From Ruminococcus albus 7 = DSM 20455 (GTDB lineage Bacteria; Bacillota; Clostridia; Oscillospirales; Ruminococcaceae), in assembly GCF_000179635.2 (NCBI RefSeq), contig NC_014833.1, positions 2,340,001 through 2,372,000 on the forward strand: a stretch of DNA of 32,000 nucleotides, given 5' to 3'. The notes under the pieces are model-generated. The model ran no database searches. It was not told where the DNA came from and worked only from the letters and a program-made list of their open reading frames with translations. Position numbers and translations under genes: made by a program. Below are positions 9,639 to 18,401 of this stretch, piece by piece. Positions within the stretch are counted from its first letter, which is position 1; each line of letters starts with the position of its first letter.

Positions 9639-10790
9639 ATGAGCAAAAATAAAAGGATGCCTGTCTGGGGTATGATACTGACAGATACGCTGCTTGTATG
9701 CGCAGCTGTGGGAACGTTCATGCTTTTTGATTACGTTATGCCCCACAGCGCAAACACCAAAGGAACGGTAGTTGCAGAAGTCGACAGCGCAAATAAGACA
9801 AGCTTTGCACTGCCAAAATCCGGTGAAAAAAGCGGAACACAGGAAGTAAATACTGTGGATGAAACTTCGGAAGATGATAACAACTCTGCCTCACAGGATA
9901 GCATGATCCATGCCGACAGCGTTTCCGATGAAAGCAGCAGTCCCGAAAAAAAGAAAAAAGAGCATCACGAACACACCAAGGAAAACTGGTACGATAACAC
10001 TGATACCGATGAATATACCGCTGACAATGCACTGATAGAATCCGTGCTTAATGCGGATGTGCAATCGGAAAGAGTAGTGACCTATGAGGGCGATGACGCA
10101 GTTATCTATATCGACAAAAAGTGGTTCGGGGATGGCGATGATAAGATAACTTATTATTCGGCTGATATATATGTGACCAGTGTTGACGTACTGAAAACAG
10201 GTCTAGCAAAGGACACCTACGGCAAAAACATCAAGGACAGCATTTTCAATATGGCATCGGAGAACAATGCTGTATTTGCAGTTAATGGTGATTTCTACGG
10301 TAATTCCGAGGAAGGTATCGTCGTCCGCAACGGTATAAAATACCGTGACAATCTTAACGATGTAGACATATGTGTTCTGTTCACAAACGGCGAGATGAAG
10401 ACCTACACCTATGAGGAATTCGATACCGAGACTGTACTGGCACAGGGCGTATGGCAGGCGTGGTGCTTCGGACCAATGCTTCTTGACGGCAATGGCGGAG
10501 TGCTTGAAAGCTTCAACACCACCACCTATCTCAACAGTGCAAATCCTCGTTCTGCCATCGGCTATATCGAACCTGGACACTATAAAATAGTTACTGTTGA
10601 CGGCAGAGACCCTGGATATTCCAAGGGCGTCACACTCAGCGAACTAGCGGCTATCATGTCTGACGAAGGCTGTACTACCGCATACAATCTTGACGGCGGC
10701 TGTTCGGCTATGATGGTATACGAGGGGGAACTTGTGAATATTCCCGACAGAGGACGCGAGATTAGCGACATTATCTATATCGGAGGGTAA
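9639..10790 (+). CDS. phosphodiester glycosidase family protein (DUF2233/NAGPA-like), membrane anchored
   Basis: N-terminal TM helix, an acidic/Ser-rich linker, then VNGDFYG...NPRSAIGYIEPGHYKIVTVDGR...LDGGCSAMMVY, which is characteristic of the phosphodiester glycosidase domain. Overlaps the GT2-GtrA stop by 14 nt. Confidence 0.75.
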   Translation: MSKNKRMPVWGMILTDTLLVCAAVGTFMLFDYVMPHSANTKGTVVAEVDSANKTSFALPKSGEKSGTQEVNTVDETSEDDNNSASQDSMIHADSVSDESSSPEKKKKEHHEHTKENWYDNTDTDEYTADNALIESVLNADVQSERVVTYEGDDAVIYIDKKWFGDGDDKITYYSADIYVTSVDVLKTGLAKDTYGKNIKDSIFNMASENNAVFAVNGDFYGNSEEGIVVRNGIKYRDNLNDVDICVLFTNGEMKTYTYEEFDTETVLAQGVWQAWCFGPMLLDGNGGVLESFNTTTYLNSANPRSAIGYIEPGHYKIVTVDGRDPGYSKGVTLSELAAIMSDEGCTTAYNLDGGCSAMMVYEGELVNIPDRGREISDIIYIGG

Positions 10791-10793
10791 AGC

Positions 10794-11018
10794 ATGAAAA
10801 GACTGGCAAGGATACTTCCCCACGCAACTATCGTCATGGTGGGAATGTTCATATTCTTCTGGGTGCTGGATATAATGAATCCGACAATGAATCTCATCAA
10901 CCGCAAGGTTTCAAACAAGCTGATGATAATAATGCTTGTGCTGTCACTTATCACGGCGATCATGAATATCTATTTTGAGCGGAAATACGATGCCCTTAAA
11001 AACAAGGAAAACAAATGA
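10794..11018 (+). CDS. small two-TM membrane protein, unknown function
   Basis: 74 aa with two hydrophobic helices. GGAGGG RBS; starts 3 nt after the upstream stop. Confidence 0.5.
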   Translation: MKRLARILPHATIVMVGMFIFFWVLDIMNPTMNLINRKVSNKLMIIMLVLSLITAIMNIYFERKYDALKNKENK

Positions 11019-11020
11019 TA

Positions 11021-11054
11021 AAAACTCGGTACAGTTGATTTGTACCGAGTTTTT
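11021..11054. terminator. bidirectional intrinsic terminator
   Basis: CTCGGTACA (11025-11033) / TGTACCGAG (11041-11049) stem flanked by AAAA and TTTT. Lies between convergent genes. Confidence 0.8.
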
Positions 11055-11056
11055 GG

Positions 11057-12832
11057 TTACTTCTGTTTTATTATAGCACAGCTGAGGGGTGCCAGACGAA
11101 GATTCAGCAAATAGTTATAGGCTCTCATATCGCCATTCAAGCAATTAGTGCCTGCATAAATATCCCTGTCGGAATTCAGTATCTCGGCATAGTCGCCGTT
11201 TTGCTCGACTTTTAGTCCGTAATTCTGACGAAGTCCGGAAAAATTGAACACGAAGTATATTCCTTTGCCGTATTTATCACGTCTAACAAAGGCATATATT
11301 GACTGGTTGTTGTTATTTGCATCACACCAGCGGAAATACCCCGAATTATAGTCATTCTCATACAGTGCAGGCTCACTGAGATAAATATGGTGGAGCTCCT
11401 TTATAAAGTGATGAACAGAATCATGGGATGGAAAAGACAGAAGATTCCAGCCAAGTTCCTTGTTGCACCGCCACTCCATATACTCGGCGATCTCGTTACC
11501 CATGAAATTCAGCTTCTTTCCCGGGTGACCAAACTGGAAAGTATACAGACACTTTATCGTTGCTATCTTTTCTTCGTGACTGCCAAAGCATTTATCAAGC
11601 ATAGTCTTCTTGCCGTGTACGACTTCATCATGTGAGTACGGCAGTATGAAAAGGTCATTATAGAAATAACTCATGGAGAAAGTCATTTTAGCGTGATGCG
11701 CACGGCGTTCATAAGGCGGAGTCATGATATAATCAATAGTATCGTGCATAAATCCAAGATCCCATTTATAATCAAAGCCAAGCCCGCCGAATTCAACGGG
11801 AGCAGTAACTTTGGTCTGATCTGTAGAGTCTTCGGCAAATAGTATAACATCGGGGTGGCGCTTCTGTATAGCATAGTTTGTATTTTTTAAAAACCATATA
11901 CCCGTATCATTGATAGGACCGTCACGTCTGCCATATTTGAATATAAGGTTTGCTACAGCATCGTAGCGCAGACCGTCAATATGATATTTCTCTATCCAGA
12001 AATTTATAGATGACTTGATAAAACTTAGGACATGAGGCTTGCTGTAATCAAAAAGTGCTGTACCCCATTCGGAAAATCTGTCCTCTTCCCTGTCAGACTC
12101 AAAGAGAAAACCACCATCATAGATATGCAGCGCAAAAAAATCTGTAACGAAATGAACAGGAACGAAATCCAGTATAACACCAATATCAGCCTGATGACAA
12201 GCATCAATGAACCTCATTAGCCCGTCGGGATCTCCGTAGCGGGATGTTGCTGAATAATATCCCGTCACCTGATAACCCCATGAACCATCATAAGGATATT
12301 CTGTAAGCGGCATGATCTCAATATGGGTATAGCCCATATCTTTTACATAAGGAATGATCAGTTCAGCCATATCATCATAGCTGTAGAAGCGATCATCACC
12401 CTCACTGTCAGATCTTGTTCTCCACGAACCGAAATGTATCTCATAGATATTCATTGGCTTGTCATAGCATTTTCCTCGCTTTGAGATCCATGCACTGTCA
12501 TTCCATACATGATGATCAAGATCATAGACTATTGATGCATTTTTAGGTCTGACTTCACTGTAAAATGCAAAAGGATCAGAACGGTAATGTTTCTGTAGTG
12601 CCTGAGTTGTTATTACGAACTGGTAAATATCTCCAATCTCAGCAGGATGAACGGTTTCCCATACACCGCTGTCAAGACGATTCATTCCGAATTCACTGCC
12701 GTTAAGCATAAGTGTGACTTTTGCAGCATTTGGGGCATAGGTAGCAAATCTTACTCCGCCATCAACAAAATGTGCACCAAAATAGTCGTATGCGTTAAGG
12801 CTCAGACCCTCTAAAAAATCATTTATAATCAT
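11057..12832 (-). CDS. glgB: 1,4-alpha-glucan branching enzyme (GH13)
   Basis: 591 aa. GH13 catalytic regions are present: VILDFVPVHF, GLRYDAVANL (nucleophile Asp), FAEDST (acid/base Glu), YSHDEVVHGK. The N-terminal CBM48-like segment is typical of GlgB. Confidence 0.9.
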   Translation of the reverse strand: MIINDFLEGLSLNAYDYFGAHFVDGGVRFATYAPNAAKVTLMLNGSEFGMNRLDSGVWETVHPAEIGDIYQFVITTQALQKHYRSDPFAFYSEVRPKNASIVYDLDHHVWNDSAWISKRGKCYDKPMNIYEIHFGSWRTRSDSEGDDRFYSYDDMAELIIPYVKDMGYTHIEIMPLTEYPYDGSWGYQVTGYYSATSRYGDPDGLMRFIDACHQADIGVILDFVPVHFVTDFFALHIYDGGFLFESDREEDRFSEWGTALFDYSKPHVLSFIKSSINFWIEKYHIDGLRYDAVANLIFKYGRRDGPINDTGIWFLKNTNYAIQKRHPDVILFAEDSTDQTKVTAPVEFGGLGFDYKWDLGFMHDTIDYIMTPPYERRAHHAKMTFSMSYFYNDLFILPYSHDEVVHGKKTMLDKCFGSHEEKIATIKCLYTFQFGHPGKKLNFMGNEIAEYMEWRCNKELGWNLLSFPSHDSVHHFIKELHHIYLSEPALYENDYNSGYFRWCDANNNNQSIYAFVRRDKYGKGIYFVFNFSGLRQNYGLKVEQNGDYAEILNSDRDIYAGTNCLNGDMRAYNYLLNLRLAPLSCAIIKQK

Positions 12833-12871
12833 AAATAAAGCACATCCTTAAAAATAATTTACCAAAATCAC

Positions 12872-12899
12872 TTGAAATTTTTTTCAATTGTGATATAAT
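12872..12899 (+). promoter_or_regulatory. candidate promoter and operator for the TetR gene
   Basis: TTGAAA, 16-nt spacer, TATAAT with a TG extension. Embedded imperfect inverted repeat TCAC-TTGAAA ... TTTCAA-TT-GTGA. Confidence 0.5.
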
Positions 12900-12937
12900 T
12901 ATATTGTTGAATTATAAGCCATGAAAGGATACAGCGG

Positions 12938-13498
12938 ATGTCAACATCAACTATTACAAAATCAGCGCTTTGTAATGCTCTAAAAGAGCTGTGTGCGCAA
13001 AAAGACTATGAAAAAATATCCATATCCGAAATAACCGGTTTTTGCGGAATGAACAGACAATCCTTCTATTATCATTTTCAGGATAAAGAGGAGCTTTTGT
13101 CATATATATACTACAATGAACTTTTCAAAAACATCACCAGAGGAGTAAACTATGATAACTGGAATGAACGTCTTGAAGGTCTTCTGGAAAATATGCAGAA
13201 AGACAAAACGTTTTACTCCAACACTCTGCGGAGCAACGAAAAGACCTTTGAAAAGTATCTTTATCAAAGTATGCACCGTTTGTTCCTGAGGTTTTTCTAC
13301 CATGCAGTCGCAAATACACGCAAGCGCAGTGAGAAGGCAAAATTCTTTGCAGATTTCTACTCACACGGGTTCTGCGGAATGATAATCGATTGGGCTAAGC
13401 AGGGTATGAAGATATCTCCGCACACGGTCATGCTGCAAATGAAAGAGCTTGCATTTGAGAACGTCAGCATCGGTAAGGGATTTATCGAAAACCTGTGA
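12938..13498 (+). CDS. TetR/AcrR family transcriptional regulator (DhaS-like)
   Basis: The N-terminal KISISEITGFCGMNRQSFYYHFQDKEEL is the TetR HTH signature seen in dihydroxyacetone-kinase-regulator-type proteins. Confidence 0.8.
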   Translation: MSTSTITKSALCNALKELCAQKDYEKISISEITGFCGMNRQSFYYHFQDKEELLSYIYYNELFKNITRGVNYDNWNERLEGLLENMQKDKTFYSNTLRSNEKTFEKYLYQSMHRLFLRFFYHAVANTRKRSEKAKFFADFYSHGFCGMIIDWAKQGMKISPHTVMLQMKELAFENVSIGKGFIENL

Positions 13499-13512
13499 TA
13501 AGAGTATTATAC

Positions 13513-13546
13513 AGCACGGCAGATATGTTCTGCCGTGCTTATTTTT
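13513..13546 (+). terminator. intrinsic terminator
   Basis: AGCACGGCAG / CTGCCGTGCT 10-bp stem followed by TATTTTT. Confidence 0.8.
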
Positions 13547-13550
13547 ACAA

Positions 13551-15047
13551 CTATGCTTCATTCACATGATCAATGAATCTTCCAAAAGCGGCTGCACCTG
13601 CTTCATCACGCTTATAAACACCTGCGTGTTCAAGCACCTTTGCGAAGACCTTACCTATTTCGTCTTTAAGTATAGCTTCGGCATTCTCAGCTGTGAAAGA
13701 ATACTGTTTTTTGAGTTCGTCCGCCCAATCTGCGTGCTTTGCCAGAACTTCATCCGCACGGATATCATCACCGTTTATCATAGCTTTTGAAAGCTTTTCC
13801 ATTTCACCTTTAAGACGTGAAGGCAGCACAGCAAGACCCATGACCTCTATAAGTCCTATATTCTCTTTCTTTATATGATGAAGCTCAGCATGAGGGTGAT
13901 ATACACCTAACGGGTGTTCATCTGTAGTAATATTGTTCCTGAGTACCAGATCCATTTCATATCTTCCGCTGCGCATACGTGCAATAGGTGTTATTGTGTT
14001 GTGTGGTTCTCCGTTTGTTTCGGCATAGATAAACGCACCTTCGTCAGTGTAGCCACGCCAGAGATGGAGTATCTTGTCAGCCAGTTCAACAAGTGATCCC
14101 CTGTTGGTGCTGTTAAGTCTTATTACTGACATCGGCCACTTAACGATGCCTGCATCAACGTTCTCATATCCCTTGAATATGACCTTGCGCTCAACTTCTG
14201 CCTTAGCCATTGGGAACTCATAATGTCCGCCCTGAAAATGTTCATGGGAAAGGATAGAACCTCCTACTATCGGAAGATCAGCATTTGAACCTACGAAATA
14301 GTGGGGGTATTGCTCAACAAAGTCAAACAGTTTATTAAATGCCGACTTGTTTATCACCATTGGTGTGTGTTTCTTATTGAAAAGTATACAATGCTCATTA
14401 TAATATACATATGGCGAATACTGCAGGCCCCATTCCGAGCCGTCTATGGTCACACCGATAATACGGTGGTTCTGTCTTGCAGGTGAATTTAGTCTACCTG
14501 CGTAGCCTACATTTTCATAGCATAGAAGGCACTTGGGATAACCAGACTGCTTCGCCAGCTTTGCTGCCGCTATAGCTTTAGGATCCTTTTCCGGCTTAGA
14601 AAGGTTTATAGTGATATCGATATCCCCGTAATCGGTCTGAGTCTTCCACCTGACATCTTTGCTTATGCGGTATCTTCTTATATAATCGGTATCCTGTGAA
14701 AATTTGTAAAACCAGTCAGTAGCAGCCTCAGCTGAAACGGATCTCTTGTCAGCAAATATCCGTTCCACCTCTGATGGTCTCGGGGTGATAAGCCCCATAA
14801 GTTTAGTATCAAAAAGGTCTCGGTATACAACAGTATCCTCACACAGACCATTCTCACAAGCATAGTCCAGAAGTTCTGCAAGTGTGCTCTCCAGATCGAC
14901 ATTAAAGTACTGTTCAACAGGCTCATCATATTCCTCAATACCAAGTGCCTCAATAATACGATTTATTGCCCATACCTTATCACATGGCTCGATAAGCCCT
15001 TTTTCAAGACCGTAAGTCACAAGCTTTTTGATGCTGTCATTAATCAT
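13551..15047 (-). CDS. galT: UDP-glucose--hexose-1-phosphate uridylyltransferase (type 2 GalT)
   Basis: About 498 aa, the long Firmicutes-type GalT. Conserved ILSHEHFQGG and GYPKCLLC motifs. ATG at 15047 follows an AAGGAG RBS; the ORF track extends to 15074. Confidence 0.88.
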   Translation of the reverse strand: MINDSIKKLVTYGLEKGLIEPCDKVWAINRIIEALGIEEYDEPVEQYFNVDLESTLAELLDYACENGLCEDTVVYRDLFDTKLMGLITPRPSEVERIFADKRSVSAEAATDWFYKFSQDTDYIRRYRISKDVRWKTQTDYGDIDITINLSKPEKDPKAIAAAKLAKQSGYPKCLLCYENVGYAGRLNSPARQNHRIIGVTIDGSEWGLQYSPYVYYNEHCILFNKKHTPMVINKSAFNKLFDFVEQYPHYFVGSNADLPIVGGSILSHEHFQGGHYEFPMAKAEVERKVIFKGYENVDAGIVKWPMSVIRLNSTNRGSLVELADKILHLWRGYTDEGAFIYAETNGEPHNTITPIARMRSGRYEMDLVLRNNITTDEHPLGVYHPHAELHHIKKENIGLIEVMGLAVLPSRLKGEMEKLSKAMINGDDIRADEVLAKHADWADELKKQYSFTAENAEAILKDEIGKVFAKVLEHAGVYKRDEAGAAAFGRFIDHVNEA

Positions 15048-15215
15048 AGACCCATCTCCTTTTTCCATATCCATCGGGCTTACCCTTTCACCCGTACCTT
15101 AAAATAATTATATTATAAAACTGACCCGAAGTCAATAAAAAAATATAAACTTACATCAATATAATTATAATATCATTATAGATATTAAAGAAATGTTAAA
15201 TCCACCAACGAAGGC

Positions 15216-15244
15216 TTGACAAAGAAGAAAAAATATAATATAAT
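15216..15244 (+). promoter_or_regulatory. sigma-A promoter for the T-box/leuA transcript
   Basis: TTGACA (15216-15221), 17-nt spacer, TATAAT (15239-15244). Confidence 0.65.
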
Positions 15245-15261
15245 TAATTTGTAGATATGAA

Positions 15262-15527
15262 CAATGGCGTTGAGAGGAAAAAATACGCTATGCGGATCTT
15301 TCAGAGAGCTGCCGTTTGGTGGAAGGCAGCAGTTCGGTAGTGCGATAACTCGTCCTTGAGCCGGTATGGTGAAAATTACAGTAGCTATACCCGGGATTCT
15401 CCCGTTACAGAGAGGCGCATTAGTTGATGCGACAGAGGTGTACAGTGTGAGCTGTGCATAAATCAGAGTGGTAACACGGGTAATATGCTCGTCTCTTGTT
15501 TTTACAGAGACGGGCTTGTTTTATTTT
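15262..15527 (+). promoter_or_regulatory. T-box riboswitch leader, probable Leu (CUC) specifier
   Basis: Stem I base with a K-turn-like GGCGUUGAGAGGA ... UCCUUGAGCC pairing, an AGAGAG bulge and a UGGUGGAA distal loop. Specifier loop reads ...GAUAA-CUC-G (CTC at 15349-15351). T-box sequence AGAGTGGTAACACGG (15465-15479). Terminator CTCGTCTCT / AGAGACGGG (15488-15514) plus a T-rich tract. Confidence 0.85.
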
Positions 15528-15575
15528 ATCAATGTCACGCATCAAAAATAAAAATATATTTAGGAGGAATCACAG

Positions 15576-17240
15576 ATGAAAAACGCAGAAAAGTATGCAA
15601 GAGGATATTATATGCCTCCGGTAAAATGTATGAAATGGGCAGAAAAAGACTATATAGACCATGCCCCCGCATGGTGCTCGGTTGACCTGAGAGACGGAAA
15701 TCAGGCACTGATAATACCAATGAGCCTTGAAGAAAAGCTGGAATTTTTCAAGGAACTGGTAGATATCGGCTTCAAGGAGATAGAGATAGGTTTCCCTGCA
15801 GCTTCTGAAACAGAATACGAATTCTGCCGTACACTTATAGAGAAGAATATGATACCTGACGATGTTACCATCCAGGTACTTACTCAGTCGAGAGAACATA
15901 TAATCAAGAAGACCTTTGAAGCTATCGACGGTGCTAAGCACGCTGTAGTTCACCTTTATAACTCCACCTCTGTTGCTCAGAGAGAGCAGGTATTCCGCAA
16001 GTCCAAGGAAGATATAATCAAGATCGCTACCACAGGTGCAGAACTTTGTAAGGAGTATAAGAAACACGCTAAAGGTCACATCACTTTTGAGTACTCCCCC
16101 GAAAGTTTCACAGGCACTGAGCCTGAATTTGCAGCTGAGATATGTAATGCAGTAATTGATATCTGGGAGCCCGATGCTGATAACAAAGTCATCATCAATC
16201 TCCCTGTTACCGTTGAGATGTCGCTGCCCCATGTTTACGCTCAGCAGGTAGAGTATATGTGTGAAACTCTCCACAACAGAGAGAACCTGATAATCTCTCT
16301 CCACCCCCACAATGACAGAGGTACAGGCATAGCTGATACCGAACTCGGTCTGCTCGCAGGCGGTGACAGAGTTGAAGGAACTTGCTTCGGCAACGGTGAA
16401 AGAACAGGTAACGTTGATATCGTTACTCTCGCACTGAATATGTACACCCATGGTGTTGAGCCGAACCTCGATTTCACCGATCTTCCCTCACTCATAGAGC
16501 TTTATGAGAGAGTAACAAGAATGAAAGTGTATGACAGACAGCCTTACTCCGGTTCTCTGGTATACGCTGCATTCTCAGGCTCACATCAGGACGCTATAGC
16601 AAAGGGCATGAAGTGGCGTGAAGAAAAGGACGACAAGCACTGGACTTGTCCTTACCTCCCCATTGATCCCCACGATGTCGGCAGAGAATACGAGGGCGAC
16701 GTTATCCGTATCAACTCACAGTCAGGCAAGGGCGGCATAGGCTATATCCTCGAACAGCAGTACGGATATGACCTCCCCAAGGCTATGAGAGAGGACTTCG
16801 GATATAAGGTTAAGGATATCTCAGACAAAGCTCACAAGGAGCTCAGCAGAAGCGAAGTTCACCAGATATTCAAGGATACATATCTCAACATCAATACGCC
16901 TGTAGATATAACCGAGGCTCACTATACACAGAAGGCTGACGACCTCATCGGTGCTTCTATCAAGGCTGTTATCAATGGCAAGACAGTTGAGTGCAGCGCT
17001 GACGGCAACGGCAGACTTGATGCTGTGGCTAACGCACTTACCACAGAGATCGGCATGGAGATAAATGTTGACACCTACACCGAGCACGCACTGGAAAGAA
17101 AAACCACCTCCGAGGCTTGCTCATATGTAGGAATAAACGTTAACGGCAAGATCTTCTGGGGTGTCGGCAGACATTCCGATATCATCGTTTCTTCTGTAAA
17201 AGCACTTGTATCTGCTATCAACAATGCGATGAATAAGTAA
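15576..17240 (+). CDS. leuA: 2-isopropylmalate synthase (long form)
   Basis: 554 aa. WCSVDLRDGNQ, HPHNDRGTG and GERTGN motifs of the DRE-TIM HMGL-like domain, plus a C-terminal LeuA dimerisation/regulatory domain. Confidence 0.93.
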   Translation: MKNAEKYARGYYMPPVKCMKWAEKDYIDHAPAWCSVDLRDGNQALIIPMSLEEKLEFFKELVDIGFKEIEIGFPAASETEYEFCRTLIEKNMIPDDVTIQVLTQSREHIIKKTFEAIDGAKHAVVHLYNSTSVAQREQVFRKSKEDIIKIATTGAELCKEYKKHAKGHITFEYSPESFTGTEPEFAAEICNAVIDIWEPDADNKVIINLPVTVEMSLPHVYAQQVEYMCETLHNRENLIISLHPHNDRGTGIADTELGLLAGGDRVEGTCFGNGERTGNVDIVTLALNMYTHGVEPNLDFTDLPSLIELYERVTRMKVYDRQPYSGSLVYAAFSGSHQDAIAKGMKWREEKDDKHWTCPYLPIDPHDVGREYEGDVIRINSQSGKGGIGYILEQQYGYDLPKAMREDFGYKVKDISDKAHKELSRSEVHQIFKDTYLNINTPVDITEAHYTQKADDLIGASIKAVINGKTVECSADGNGRLDAVANALTTEIGMEINVDTYTEHALERKTTSEACSYVGINVNGKIFWGVGRHSDIIVSSVKALVSAINNAMNK

Positions 17241-17250
17241 TATATAAGAA

Positions 17251-17286
17251 ACTACTGCGGTATGAAAATATCGCAGGAGTTTTTTA
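17251..17286 (+). terminator. intrinsic terminator after leuA
   Basis: ACTACTGCGGTAT-GAAA-ATATCGCAGGAGT stem-loop (13 bp, one mismatch, one G-U) followed by TTTTTT. Confidence 0.8.
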
Positions 17287-17294
17287 TACAGAAA

Positions 17295-17321
17295 TAAAAA
17301 AGAGCGGTCTGCTGACCGCCC
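17295..17321 (-). terminator. intrinsic terminator for the zinc-ribbon membrane protein gene
   Basis: On the minus strand: GCGGTC-AGCA-GACCGC followed by TCTTTTTTATTT. Confidence 0.65.
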
Positions 17322-17338
17322 TTGATAATAATTTCAAA

Positions 17339-17851
17339 TTAGTCCATCTTAGCGCCGCAGCTTGTGCAGAATGCGTTACCTGCAGGAACCTTTGCACCGC
17401 ACTGTGTGCAGAATCTTTCAGCACCAGCATTTGCAGCAGGAGCAGCAGTAGGCTGAGGAATAGCCTGAGCAGGCTGATTGAACTGAGGCTGTGCATAAGC
17501 GTTCTGTGCGGGAGCACCTGCGGGCTTCAGAGACTTTAATGCACCTGGATTCTCGTTTAATGCATTCAGAAGCTCAAGAACCTTGCAGCCGATGTAGATA
17601 ACAGCTATAATCCAGAACAGAACCTGTAAAAATGTGATAAAACCAGTACCCTCTTCCTTAGGTGCAGCTCCCTTACCATCAATGGATGCTGCAATAGTGA
17701 AGATATTTGATAAAGTAATAGCGTTCTTGCTTGCCTTTAAAGCCTGGAAACCACAGTTACCAGCTATTGTAAGAAACAGTGCAAACAACACATTCACAGC
17801 AGGTCCTACTACCTTATAAAGTCCGTTCATAAATCCTTTGATCGAGTTCAT
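17339..17851 (-). CDS. membrane protein with C-terminal zinc-ribbon
   Basis: Two or three TM helices, an Ala/Pro/Gln-rich linker, and a C-terminal FCTQCGAKVPAGNAFCTSCGAKM double CxxC. ATG at 17851 follows GGAGG; the track's TTG start is at 17866. Confidence 0.65.
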   Translation of the reverse strand: MNSIKGFMNGLYKVVGPAVNVLFALFLTIAGNCGFQALKASKNAITLSNIFTIAASIDGKGAAPKEEGTGFITFLQVLFWIIAVIYIGCKVLELLNALNENPGALKSLKPAGAPAQNAYAQPQFNQPAQAIPQPTAAPAANAGAERFCTQCGAKVPAGNAFCTSCGAKMD

Positions 17852-18164
17852 TGTCTTTACCTCCAAAGATAATTATTTAATAATGTTATTATACTAATTT
17901 TTATATTGTTTGTCAATACTAAAAGCTGTTATTTTTAATTTTTTTGTTTTTATTTGTCATATCTCATAAGAGAGATGACCATTAATCTATTTCCATTGCC
18001 TTCTTTAACAATTTATATTCTGATCATATGTTATATATTTGAAGAATACTTACAACTCTTGATACATCCAATATAAAAACTGCTTGAGATCATGCGGCAG
18101 CAGAATAACAACTTTTTTCATACTCAAAAAACTAGCAGAACGGAATACCGAAAACAAAATGGAG

Positions 18165-18193
18165 TTGAAAAATATTATTAATTGTGGTATAAT
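18165..18193 (+). promoter_or_regulatory. strong sigma-A promoter upstream of the AraC-like gene
   Basis: TTGAAA (18165-18170), 17-nt spacer, TG-extended TATAAT (18188-18193). Predicts a leader of about 200 nt. Confidence 0.6.
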
Positions 18194-18401
18194 ATTGTAC
18201 GGTCTTGGAAAAGAGACTAATTTTAATAGCCATAAGTTAGCTTAGGCTAACTTAATAACTATAGTTTGAAAAAAAGATCTGATCAATACTGACATTCACT
18301 CAGATATATATATCGTCATTAAATCCATTATTGCAGTGTTTAGGACTGCTCTTAAGAAAACCGGTAAAGATCAAAAGTGAATAACACAGGAAGGGATAGT
18401 T

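Larger units (their letters stand above)
7567..9652 (+). pseudogene. GT2 glycosyltransferase fused to GtrA-like domain, interrupted by an IS element
   Basis: 5' piece 7567-7708 (MEIDSIYIVIPAYEPDEKLIALIDEL...VVDDGSSSDKKE). 3' piece 8742-9652 (IFDKVKDKAELLIHEVNRGKGAAL...ITADADGQH...; the C-terminus has four TM helices, GtrA-like). Removing 7709-8741 joins the two in frame: 142 + 911 nt = 351 codons. Confidence 0.85.

Noticed and set aside
15570-16451. 293-aa minus-strand ORF
   Set aside because: It is antisense to leuA, whose motifs are unambiguous. It would start inside leuA and run into the T-box leader. No RBS and no recognisable motif.
18053-18260. Several 23-33-codon ORFs in the long intergenic region upstream of the AraC-like gene
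   Set aside because: None has a credible RBS at proper spacing, and the AT-rich sequence yields such ORFs by chance.
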